From NCBI RefSeq assembly GCF_006345805.1, contig NW_021836546.1:1-23620 (forward strand): a stretch of DNA of 23,620 nucleotides. The letters run 5' to 3'. The stretch's first letter is position 1; each line of letters opens with the position of its first letter. The stretch is from Octopus sinensis. Its lineage: Eukaryota. Shown piece after piece: positions 11,471-22,275 of the stretch. The notes beneath the pieces were generated by a model that did not search any database, was not told the DNA's origin, and saw only the letters and a program-made list of their open reading frames with translations. Position numbers and translations under genes: made by a program.

Positions 11471-12117
11471 TAGAAGAACATATGCACTTAGTTTTAATCT
11501 AATGTAACTGTGTAGTAATAATCCATAAAAGAAGTAGGCTGATTTCAGAAATGAAGTATCGCCTTTTTTAACCTTGATGTAATCAAGGTCACAAGCTTAT
11601 TGACGTAGTCAAAACCACGTTCGTTCTCTTTTTTAAGATTGTTTATAAAGAGAATGAGGGAAGAGGGGGAGGAGAGGAGAGGAGATTTTTCCCGCGAGAG
11701 ATTCATAACATTCGATGATGTTAGCGACAATGATGAATACCCAATATGTGGGGTCTATACGACGAAGTTTTCGTCGTGATGCTTGACTTGCTTCAAATCG
11801 TAGCCAAATAGCTCTGCTAATCACACCCCTACAATGTTAAACAAATATACACTGGATAGTATTGTCCGAAGTGCACTATTCCTGATATGAGAGGATGGTC
11901 ATAGCTCAAATTTGATGATGGGCCTCATTAATCAGAACAACTTAACACCAACATCCATGATGAGAATGTCCATTTAGAGAATAGCAAAAGATAAATCCAT
12001 GGTAATTAAGAGCTCAATTGATAACAGGTCTTTAAATTCCAACGTGCTATTACATTACTGTAAATCCAGTAAATACATGATCACCTAATATTATCTTTAA
12101 TACAACATACTTATAAT

Positions 12118-12559
12118 CCTTTCTGCTATAGGCACAAGACCTGAAATTTGGCGGGATATACTCGTCTGGTACTCATTATATCGACCTCCGAAGGATGAAA
12201 GGTAGAGTGGACCTCGGCAGAATTTGAACTCAGAACGTAAAGGCGACGAAATACCTATTTCTTTACTACCCACAAGAGGCTAAACACAGAGAGGACAAAC
12301 AAGGACAGACAAACGGATTAAGTCTATTATATCGACCCCAGTGTATAACTGGTACTTATTTAATCGCCCCCGAAAGGATGAAGGGCAAAGTCGACCACGG
12401 CGGAATTTGAACTCAGAACGTACTGGCAGACGAAATACCGCTAATCATTTCGCCCGGCGTGCTAACGTTTCTGCCAGCTCGCCGCCTTAGACGGACGAAA
12501 TACCGCTAAGCATTTTGCCCGGTGTACTAACGATTCTGCCAGCCCGCCACCTTATGCAT
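12118..12559 (-). mobile_element. Family A SINE (12-bp TSD) interrupted by a full family B SINE at 12256-12488
   Basis: Outer direct repeat CATACTTATAAT at 12106-12117 and 12560-12571; inner direct repeat GACGAAATACC at 12245-12255 and 12494-12504. Confidence 0.85.
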
Positions 12560-13288
12560 CATACTTATAATAAAAACATACAATATCTTCAGATAAAGAT
12601 AAACAGGTTGATATGCATTTCAAGTTTCTCGATAACTGTAACATGAAAGTGCGTTGTTGTTTAACAATCGATACCACTAACATCATATGAAGGCGATAGA
12701 ATAGTGGTAAACTATCAGCAAATCGAATCTTCGATAGAAGTTCGATTCCCCATCACATATTTTACACTTCATTTATTCCTCATTATTCCTTTAGTAATTT
12801 GCGAGAAAAGGTGGAAGAGAAGGTTTAAATAAATTCAAGTAATTTTTTAATGTTTTACGGCATCATTCAGAGGGCTTGTGTTAATCAGAAGCAACAAAAC
12901 GAAACCCATGAGCTAAATACTTAAGAATGAAGGTTTTATGAGTCGAGAGCAAACCCTTAAGGACTCACCTTAGTTCCAGAAGCTGTTTAATGCCGTCCGG
13001 AACTCCTGGATAGATTTACCTCAGCTAAGTCTCCAAAGAGAAGAATTTTCTATAAAAATAAAAGGGGACACATTAGTATATTTCCTACTAACTTAAGGAT
13101 GACAGCTAATGTCGACAGGAAGTATAAAATCCTGGAACCGTAACCATTACAATACCACACACTGCGAAAGATATACTTTTGCAAACCCAGACCAAGAGCA
13201 GGAGAAACTAAGAAAGATGTCATTCATAATATAATCAGTCTTTCATAAATGTGACTGAACGTTTCTTGTCTACGAAAGACACTACACA

Positions 13289-13672
13289 AATAACTCTGAG
13301 CACCTTTTCAGACTCCACCCATCTAACACCCGTGGACATATTTACAAAGTCAGAAAACAGCACAGCTCCCATGACTTTCGGAAACATTTTTTCACGCTGA
13401 GAGTTGCTGAAGCATGGAACAAACTGCCGGCATCAGTTGTTTCTTTGTCGGAGCACTGCATCCTTCAAAACTTCTATGCTTTCTGAGATTCGCCAACACT
13501 ACACCTGATTTTCCTTCCTCCCCTCCATACACACACAACATGTACCTGACTCATGCATTGTTCGCTTTCCAGACATTTGTACACTACTGCATGTGCTTTA
13601 TATGCACTGTCTGACAAGTTGTGGTGCACCTGAGCACTGTATACAATAATTTCATTATTATTATTATTTATT
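13289..13672 (+). mobile_element. CR1-type LINE 3' end (decayed ORF2 C-terminus, 3' UTR, (ATT)n tail)
   Basis: Translates NNSEHLFRLHPSNTRGHIYKVRKQHSSHDFRKHFFTLRVAEAWNKLPASVVS, then a 1-nt frameshift and CRSTASFKTSMLSEIRQHYT* (stop at 13506-13508). TRGH...FF..RV...WN.LP is the typical CR1 ORF2 C-terminal motif. Confidence 0.9.
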
Positions 13673-13679
13673 ATATATG

Positions 13680-13890
13680 AAGCCAACATGATGGCAGGAT
13701 TGTTAACGCATCGAACAAAATCAAAATGCTTAGCGTTATTTCTTCTATCTCTTAACGTTCTGAGTCCAAATTCCGATGAGGCTGACTTTGTCTTTCGTCT
13801 CTTTCGAGAGTTATAAAATATGTACCAGTTAAACTCTAAAACCTGAATGTAAATTGCTGGCTCTGTGCCAAAATTTGAAACTAGCAGTTA
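13680..13890 (+). mobile_element. Degraded SINE family A copy
   Basis: tggcaggattgttaacg, acgttctgagtccaaattcc, tgtgccaaaatttgaaact. Confidence 0.7.
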
Positions 13891-14006
13891 CTGTTGTTAT
13901 TGTACTAGCATTCTATACTGCATGGTAGCAAATTATCTTTACGAATCACTATCTTAGAAAATTTCTGATCTTTAGTTTATTTAAACATATTACAGCATAG
14001 TAGTGA

Positions 14007-14437
14007 AAATGAGGATGGATAGGCCACACGCTACAAAAGACTGCACCAAATGTCACCAAGCAGACTCTTGACTGGAACCATAGGGGAAGCAAAAAGTGGG
14101 CCGACCAAAACAGTCTTGGCGCAGGAGTGGTCAACGCAGAGGTGAAGACAGACGGAATGATGTGGGCCGAGGTGAAAAGGATCCCACAGAACGGCGTCCG
14201 TTGAAAAGAAAAATGTTGTTGCGGCTCTATGTTCCCCGAGGAATCAACAGGCCGAAGAAACAGAAGAAGAAGAAGAAGAAGAAGAAGAAGAAGAAGAAGA
14301 AGAAGAAGAAGAAGAAGAAGCAAGAAAGAAGACGAAGAAGAAGAGAAGAAGAAGAAGAAGAAGAAGAAGAAGAAGAAGAAGAAAAGAAGAAGAAGAAGAA
14401 GAAGAAGAAGAAGAAGAAGAAGAAGAAGAAGAAGAAG
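14007..14437 (+). mobile_element. RTE-clade LINE 3' end with (GAA)n tail
   Basis: Frameshifted translation GWIGHTLQKTAPNVTKQTLDWNHRGSK/VGRPKQSWRRS/VNAEVKTDGMMWAEVKRIPQNGVR*K/VVAALCSPRNQQA matches the RTE C-terminal pattern W.GH..R...W...G.R..GRP...W; internal stops are present. Confidence 0.9.
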
Positions 14438-14751
14438 ATAATTCCAATAAAAACTTTCACCAAGTTACCCTGGTATACTTGTATGAGATATACTACTAAA
14501 GATAAATAAATGATAGCATTTGAGCATTTTTTGTGTGTGCGTGTGTGTGTAAACCAGCTAAAAAATATGTTTTGGGGACTAATGTCTCTGAACCTACATG
14601 TATACCCAGTTTACAAATTTACATTCTGGATCCATAATTGTTAGTACCCTTCGTTGTGTTATGAAGTTTTTAAAACTGTATTTTCAAGTAAAGAATAAGC
14701 CCATCTAAGATATAATCTGTAAGTTTAATCTGTACGTAAAACGGTGGAAAT

Positions 14752-15127
14752 ATTCTTTTATTCTTTTACTCGTTTCAGTCATTTGACCGCGGCCATGTTG
14801 GAGTACCACTTCAAAGGGTTTTAAGTTGAACGATTCTACCTTAGGGCTTATTTTTTTATAAGCCTAGTATTTATTCTAACGATCTCTTTTGCCGAATCGC
14901 TAAGTTACGGGGACGTAAACACACCAACATCGGTTATCAAAAGATGGCGGGAGGACAAACACAAACACACAAATATATACATACATATATACGACGCGCC
15001 TCCTTCAGTTTGCGTCTACCAAATCTATACACGAAGCTATTGTAGATGACACTTGCCCAAGGTGAGACTGAACACAGAACCATGCGGTTGGGAAGCAACT
15101 TTCTTACCACACAACCACGCCTGCGCC
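14752..15127 (-). mobile_element. Near full-length SINE family C (tRNA-like head, CORE-like CCTTGGGCAAGT motif, internal microsatellite, A-rich tail)
   Basis: Minus strand begins ggcgcaggcgtggttgtgtggtaagaa, contains accttgggcaagtgtc and ends gactgaaacgagtaaaagaataaaaga. The CORE similarity is recalled from the MIR core and not verified. Confidence 0.85.
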
Positions 15128-15302
15128 TGTGTGCAAGACATTTCCAAAATTCAGCCTGTAAGTTTTATTGTTACGTAGTCTAAATTCCAGAATTCCTGTG
15201 ATTGGGTTTTGTTTCTTCATGGGAAGAATTTAAAATGTTAGAAATGGTACATAGATACACACATATATACATGAATACAAACGTACAAACACACACACAC
15301 GC

Positions 15303-15344
<42 letters not shown>

Positions 15345-15369
15345 CACACAACACACACACACACACATA

Positions 15370-15916
15370 TCTCTCTATATATAAACGGCAGTTTGTCTGT
15401 CTGTGTGTCTGTGTGTCTGTCAGGTTGTACCCTCACCCTGACCACGGCTTTCAACCGATTCTGATGAAACTTGACACACACATAGACCAATGTGATAATT
15501 CAAAACTAACGCAGCGAAAATTTTGAAAAGTTCCCCCAGTTTTGAAAATAATCGACAAATTCGACATGCGGTCGAGAATCTAAGCTTTTTATATGCAACA
15601 CATTTTCTGTTGTAGTTTTCGCAACTTGCAATCGATTTTTACCAAACTCATGGTGAAGCTTAATGTTACCCTAAGAAACTTAATTCTGACGTTAGTTTTC
15701 CATGCAATACCTTACCATCAGAAAAAATCGATAAAATCATGCCATTTTGGGAAATCGCGTTTTCGCCCAAAGGGACGGCTAGGAACATCATATACACAGA
15801 AGACATTGCAACCTACACATGCACCTTCGTTCCCTAGAGGGAAAGGACTAAATTGGGATTAGTCGTTGCCTACTAGGGGCTCTTACATACCCGGACAACG
15901 CCGAGCTATGCTGCTA

Positions 15917-15917
<1 letters not shown>
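15370..15917 (+). mobile_element. Non-autonomous Helitron with both termini (548 bp)
   Basis: A|TC 5' end (tctctctatatataaa), (GTCT)n near the 5' end, 3' hairpin CCCGG-ACAACG-CCGAG at 15890-15905, terminal CTAG at 15914-15917 followed by T; no TSD. Confidence 0.85.
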
Positions 15918-15985
<68 letters not shown>

Positions 15986-16340
15986 TGTATGTATGTATGT
16001 ATACACATACAAACATAGATATTATACATACATGCATTCCTTCATACATATAGTCGTATATAAATCCATATATATACATATATACATATATATATACGTA
16101 CATGCGTACATACAAACGTATATATGCAAACACACACACACACATACACACATAAATACGCACATACATGCTCCAAATAATTAAAAATTGAAAGAAACAA
16201 ACATGTACATATATACATACATATATACATACATATAAACGTGCACATATACAGACAAACATATATACATACAAACACACACACACACACATACATACAT
16301 ACATACATACATACATACATACATACATACATACATACAT
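15918..16340. repeat. Compound (AT)n/(GTAT)n/(AC)n/(CATA)n microsatellite
   Basis: Direct inspection. Confidence 0.9.
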
Positions 16341-16717
16341 ACATACATACATACATAAGTATATTCTTGCAAAGTCAATATTCTCGCGAACGCAAGACAT
16401 AAAGCTCTCCTCTATGTCTTTGTTATCAAACGGATCCAACTTCTACCAACATATCGCAACGCACAAGCACACATCAGTCTTTCAGTGACATCCTTAAAAG
16501 ACTTCAACTACACATGCATACAAAAACGGCTAAAATAAAAAAAAAGGCATTCTGCTTGCAACACTCAACTTCAGACGTGTTGGCCCCTTTCCATTTGCAA
16601 CCATGTATACCTTCAGATACATACACACACACACATACACATAAATATATATGTATATATATATATATATATATGTACGTATATATACATATATATGTAT
16701 GTATATACATATCTTTT

Positions 16718-16752
16718 TTTTTACTTGTTTCAGTCATTTGACTGCGGCCATG
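16718..16752 (-). mobile_element. SINE family C 3'-terminal fragment
   Basis: ttacttgtttcagtcatttgactgcggccatgct matches the sequence at about 14767-14800. Confidence 0.75.
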
Positions 16753-16774
16753 CTATATAAATATATATATATTT

Positions 16775-16982
16775 CAAAATGTGACCTCGTGTGTACCGTT
16801 GGCGATTTTTTTCCCTCTGTCTTCCCTTCTCTGGATCTTTCCTTCTCCTATGTTTCGGACGAAGAGCTCCGCTCGAAACGTTAAACCCTCCTTCTTTTCT
16901 TCTTTCCTGAGCGTCCAATAATACTATATTTGTTCCGTCCTCGCGTTGTTGTGTTTTTTTGTGCTTTCTTGTTTGGATTAAC
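16775..16982 (+). mobile_element. Short Penelope-like LTR remnant with a hammerhead motif, between (AT)n runs
   Basis: Contains the motif at 16852-16886; boundaries set by the flanking (AT)n; PLE origin is inferred from the ribozyme type. Confidence 0.55.
16852..16886 (+). ncRNA. Minimal hammerhead ribozyme with a core mutation (U4 to G)
   Basis: GUUU-CGGACGA-A-GAGC(UCC)GCUC-GAAA-CGUU/AAAC; stem I of 4 bp, stem II of 4 bp, palindromic AACGUU. Confidence 0.7.
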
Positions 16983-17165
16983 TATATATATATATATATA
17001 TATGCGCGTGCACACACGCACATACGCACACTCACACACACACGCACACACACACACACACACACATACACAAACACTCGTACGCAAACACTCCTGCTTA
17101 TATAGATATAATCTCTATGTATACATCTATTTTTTAGACTGAAACATACGTATGCAAACAGAACA

Positions 17166-17311
17166 TTGTCCTTTCCCCTTCTTGTCTCCTCTCATTTGTT
17201 CCTCTCTTTTTCTTTTTTTTTTCTAACTCCATTTCTCTTTATCTCCCTTTATCACACACTTGTCCGCGCGCACACACACACTTGCATGCCAATACACACA
17301 TACACTTTCTT

Positions 17312-17362
<51 letters not shown>

Positions 17363-17549
17363 CAAGTTCCTTCACTCTTTCGCATTATTTTCCTCTTCTT
17401 TTTTCATATCTCTTTCTAAAAAATCTCTCTATCTGTCTCTCTTTCTCTCTCTTTCTCACTCCTTTAATATCTCCATTTTATTCCAGCCATCTCTCTTTCA
17501 CTTTCTCTCTCACTTCCTCTTGCTAACTCTCTCTCACAACTCTCATACG

Positions 17550-17615
<66 letters not shown>

Positions 17616-17920
17616 CTCTCTCTCCCTCTCTCTCCTTCATCTTTTCACTCCTCTCAGTATATCACACTCTTTATTTCATTCTTTACATCTCTCTCTCTCA
17701 GTCTCTCTCTTCTCTCACCGACTGTATCTCTCTTCCACTTCTCATACGCATCTACCGTCTCTCTCTCTTTTTCTCACTCTCTCTTTCCCTCTCTTTCTCC
17801 ACACACACACACACACACTTCTCACTCACTCTTACTCTTTGTCTCTCTCCTCCATTTTTCTCTATCTCTGCCTCACTTCCTCCTTCCCTTTCAGTATCTC
17901 ATACTATATATCATTTCTAT

Positions 17921-17959
<39 letters not shown>

Positions 17960-17980
17960 TTTCTCGCACGCCTCTCACAT

Positions 17981-18029
<49 letters not shown>

Positions 18030-18229
18030 CTCTTATACCTCTCATGCTTCCACTCTCTCAATCTTTGAGTGTCCCTCACCTCTCACACGCTCCCGTTTCT
18101 CTCTCTCTATTTCTTTCCTTGCTTGCTGTTTATCTCTCTCTTTTTCTCCTCTCTCTCTCTCTCTCTCTGTCTCTCCTTCACATTCTCTCTCATCTCTCAC
18201 ACGCTCCCGTTTCTTTTTCTCTTTCTCTC

Positions 18230-18264
<35 letters not shown>

Positions 18265-18560
18265 CTCTCTATTCTCTATATTGTTATGTATCTCTCTTTC
18301 TCGCTCTCTTTCTCTCTGTTTCCCTTTCACATTCTCTCTCACCTCTCACGTGCTCCCCTTTATTTTCCTCTCTTTTTCTCTTTCCCTCTCTCTTTCTCTC
18401 TCTCTCTCTCTTTCTCTTGCGCTATCTCTCTCTCTCTGTATTCTCCCTCTTGCTGTGTATCTCTCTCTCTTTCTCTCTCTTTCTCTTTCTCTCTGTCTCT
18501 CCTTTGCATTTTCTCTCACCTGTCATACGCTCCCGCTCTTATCATTTCTACCATCTCCCA
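17166..18560. repeat. About 1.4 kb CT-rich tract with a degenerate higher-order repeat in its 3' part
   Basis: Core cacctctcacacgctcccg recurs near 18077, 18191, 18340 and 18517. Confidence 0.9.
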
Positions 18561-18569
18561 TTGTCATAG

Positions 18570-18638
18570 TAACTCGCTGCATTCTCTTGTGAAAGAGTTC
18601 ACTGGTCGTTTTTCTAATTACCTCATCAAATCCCACAG
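18570..18638 (+). CDS. Candidate internal coding exon, 69 nt, symmetric phase 2-2 (NSLHSLVKEFTGRFSNYLIKSH)
   Basis: Acceptor ...ctcccattgtcatag after a long pyrimidine tract, strong donor CAG|gtacgt, length divisible by 3, open frame of normal composition; product not recognised. Confidence 0.55.
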
Positions 18639-18899
18639 GTACGTTCTCTAGTGTCACGCGTTCGATCCCAATCTATGACACTTTCAAATTCGCTACTTAG
18701 TTTTTAGGGGGCTTTTTTCTTTATTGTTATGGGGTTAGGATTGAGAAAGGAGTTGATAATGAGGGTTATATATTATTCGTTTTTTCACTTACATTTATCT
18801 TTATGTTCAATACTTCCTCTTTCATCTTATTCCGCCTTAATTTTTTACATCATTGTTACAGTATTTTTTCTTACATCCTTTGTGTAACGTTGCCATGTC

Positions 18900-18965
18900 A
18901 GCACAGTATGACCGAATGGGTAAGGGGTTCGCATCGTAATTATGAGGTTATGGGTTCGATTTCAT
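18900..18965 (+). mobile_element. Degenerate tRNA-like SINE head
   Basis: tgaccgaatggg (A-box-like) and gggttcgatttc (B-box-like); no complete cloverleaf. Confidence 0.4.
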
Positions 18966-18994
18966 TATTTTTCTTTTCCATTTTTATTCTTATT

Positions 18995-19205
18995 TTATTT
19001 ATTTCAGTCATTGGACTACGTCAATGTTGGGGCATCACTTTGAATGGATTAGTCGAACGAATCGAACCCAGTACTTATTTGTAAGTTTTGTACCTATTCT
19101 ATCGGTCCCTTTTGAAGAACCGCAAAGTTATGGGAACGTACATAAACCAACTGTGGTTGTCAAACGGCAGTGAGGAGACAAGCACAACACAAACACAGAT
19201 ACACA
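18995..19205 (-). mobile_element. 3' half of SINE family C, diverged
   Basis: tttcagtcattggactacg...cccagtacttattt...ctattctatcggtcc...ggttgtcaaacgg. Confidence 0.75.
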
Positions 19206-19252
19206 CACGTGTGTGTGTGTAAATATATATATATATAATAATAATAATAATA

Positions 19253-19317
<65 letters not shown>

Positions 19318-19318
19318 T

Positions 19319-19892
19319 ATGCCCTGATGCAGTACCATGCCGTGATGCAGTACCAGGCAGTGGCTCTCATGGCTTCTGATCTTAACTGATTGGAAGTGTT
19401 ATCATGTACATTGTTTTGTCTTCGTATAAAAGATGGGCTACAACAAATATTCTGCTCAATACCACAAATTTGCTTGTCAGTTGTTTAACCTTAACCAGTT
19501 GAGCATGTCCCTTAGTGGCTGACGATATGTGCATCTCTGATCACGAGCAGAAGTAGTGGGGGAGCATCATAGCCATGTGTTGAGAGGGATTCTTTGGGGT
19601 TTGAATAATTCACCTCTGGAAAGATGGGTGGTTCTTTCAACATCCTTAAACAACCTTTATTCAGGGACCTTTTGAGCGGGATGGGCTACTCAACCTGAAG
19701 AAAATTCTAACTGGGCCCCACCTGCAAGGTCATGTGCTGTTTATCTTGATATGAGATCACCATGTCGCGCACATATGGTTGTGATGCATGTGCCTGGTGT
19801 ACCCTTATCAGACGGGTAGTCATGATGGGTATATTGGGCTTCGTATATTTTACCCCAGTGTCACTTTGATGGCATGAACTGCTCTCTCACTC
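19319..19892 (+). mobile_element. Longer copy (about 570 bp) of the (AAT)n-embedded element
   Basis: (AAT)n at 19236-19316 and 19893-19957; 3' 357 bp near-identical to 1934-2271; no ORF. Confidence 0.8.
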
Positions 19893-19960
<68 letters not shown>

Positions 19961-20362
19961 CACGTACTTATCTCTCGTAAACACGCGAGAGATAAGTACA
20001 GAACAAAATACCAAACGAAGATAACTCGCTCGTCAATTGTCGACTGTTTTACTACTCGCTATTTCGTACTTACTTTTAACGACAAGATAGGTGAACTTCA
20101 TAAGACAGCAGCATCCAGAAATTTTTAAAATATAAATTTGTGGAGAGTTAGAAATTCGAACGAACAAACAACAACAAGGTGAACGTACAAAGTAAACACT
20201 CGACAAAGACAAACATTAGGGGCCAATAGGTCAAGGCGAATTGTAATGGGTAACGCCTGGAAGAAATTTTTAAAGGAAACAGAATAAAGAGAAGAGAAGA
20301 AAATAGTAAAAGAGAAAAATGTCGGGAGGCGAGAGAAATGACGTCCAGCTCGGTTAACTTCT

Positions 20363-20722
<360 letters not shown>

Positions 20723-21164
20723 AGGACATCTTGCACAAAAAAACTTACATTCCTTTTTAAATGTGGGTTGGCCCATACCTATAAAGGAATTTTGGTAGAT
20801 GGAAATTGTATAGAAGCCTGTCAGTTGGTTTGTACCAGTAATTCAATAGGTACACTGTGACACGCTGATTCCGCCGGAGAATTAAGTTACGGGTACAAGT
20901 GTATGCAGAATACTCAACCATTTTCACATTAATTCGGGATAAAGGAATTAGATTGATCGAACAACTGAATCCTCGTTGTTCAACGACAGAGTTTCAATTC
21001 ATTATTATTTAGTTTCATTTCCGTTCATATTTTTCCTTCCTCTTCTCTCGCTCTCTCTCTCTCCCTCTCTATCTATCTATCTATCTATCTTTTAATCTAT
21101 CTTTCTCAGTCTCTCCTTTTAACTTTGTTTTTGAAGTACTTTTATTCATTCTATGATATTAACG

Positions 21165-21282
21165 GCAACAGCAGCAGCAGCAACAGTAGTAGCAGTAGCA
21201 GCAGCAGTAATAGTATTAGTGGTAACAGTAGTAGTAGTCGCAGCAGCAACAACTGTACTATAGTAGCAGCAGCAGCGGCGGT

Positions 21283-21334
<52 letters not shown>

Positions 21335-21445
21335 ATAGTAGTAGAAAAGATCCAGTAGTGGTAGTGATGGTAGTGGTGGTGTGGTGGTGGTGGTGGTGGT
21401 GGTGGTGGTAACAGCAGCAGAAGCAACAACAACAACAGCAGGAGC
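21165..21445. repeat. Compound trinucleotide repeat (AGC)n/(AGT)n/(GGT)n/(AAC)n
   Basis: Direct inspection. Confidence 0.9.
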
Positions 21446-21839
21446 AGGGTTATCAGTAATGCTGCTTGCGTTTGTTGTTCATTCTTCCTTAAGTGTATCC
21501 TTATACCACTTGACCGACCCCCATCAATTAATTCCTTCTGTTATTTAAATGTCAAAAACTGACCCTTCCCTCACCCCATCCCCCTCACGTAACAGGCTTT
21601 CATTTTACAATTACAACGCGGAAGACACATATTAGTCATTCAAAAACACAGAAAGGTTGTTAACTTCACTCAAACCTTCCTTATTTGGTGTTAAAATTTT
21701 CGTCGCCGCAACTATGATGAATATTTGGTCACTGACGCGATTTCACTGCAGCTATGACTCGTACACCACGTCAGTGACCAGGTTGCAGCTGGTACAACGA
21801 AAACTATGACATCAAATATTTAAGAAATTAAGAAATATT

Positions 21840-22030
21840 GGTTTCAAATTTTGACACAAAGCCAACGAATAATATCGATCCCCAGTGCTCAACTGGTACA
21901 TTTTATCGACTGCGAAAGGATGAAAGGCAAAGTCGACCTCGGCGGAATTTGGACGCATATCGTAAAGACGGGCGGAATGCTGGCTAAGTATTTTGACCGG
22001 CGTGCGAACGATTCTACCAGCTCGCCGCCT
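21840..22030 (-). mobile_element. Full SINE family A copy with a 19-bp TSD
   Basis: TAAG[A/T]AATTAAGAAATATT at 21821-21839 and 22031-22049; head, core and tail present. Confidence 0.9.
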
Positions 22031-22207
22031 TAAGTAATTAAGAAATATTCAAATGAAGTTAATAGACTTTGTGGGATTTTGAATAGCTAATGTCTATGTT
22101 CCACGCTGTTAATTGCTTTAGTTTCAAATCACGGTCTCCGATCAATTCGTTTACTCGGGAAGTACATCTCCGAAATGTATTGATGCGTCTCTCTCTTTCT
22201 CTATCTT

Positions 22208-22275
<68 letters not shown>

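Noticed and set aside
12985-13143. Short open stretch CRPELLDRFTSAKSPKRR...KYKILEP upstream of the CR1 fragment
   Set aside because: No recognisable motif or splice signals, and it cannot be linked to the CR1 frame.
13250-13295. Possible fourth hammerhead on the minus strand (UGUCU-uucgu-AGACA-A-GAAACGUU)
   Set aside because: There is no CUGAnGA core upstream of the hairpin.
15460-15475. CTGATGA within the Helitron (also CTGAAGA at about 19695 and CTGACGA at about 19519)
   Set aside because: None has a stem II closing onto GAAA or a stem I/III, so they are not hammerheads.
16350-16442. Minus-strand peptide KLDPFDNKDIEESFMSCVRENIDFARIYL, faintly reminiscent of adenylyl cyclase juxtamembrane segments
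   Set aside because: Weak acceptor, microsatellite-derived donor, and similarity too slight to support without a search.
20845-20995. Possible decayed 3' part of a third SINE family (likewise 10700-10830, 8995-9075 and 11795-11900)
   Set aside because: The resemblance rests on memory of octopus repeats, and the copies are too diverged to support from this window alone.
21125-21435. Poly-Ser/Ala/Val and poly-Leu/Pro/His/Thr ORFs
   Set aside because: This is a compound trinucleotide repeat open in several frames, without convincing splice sites.
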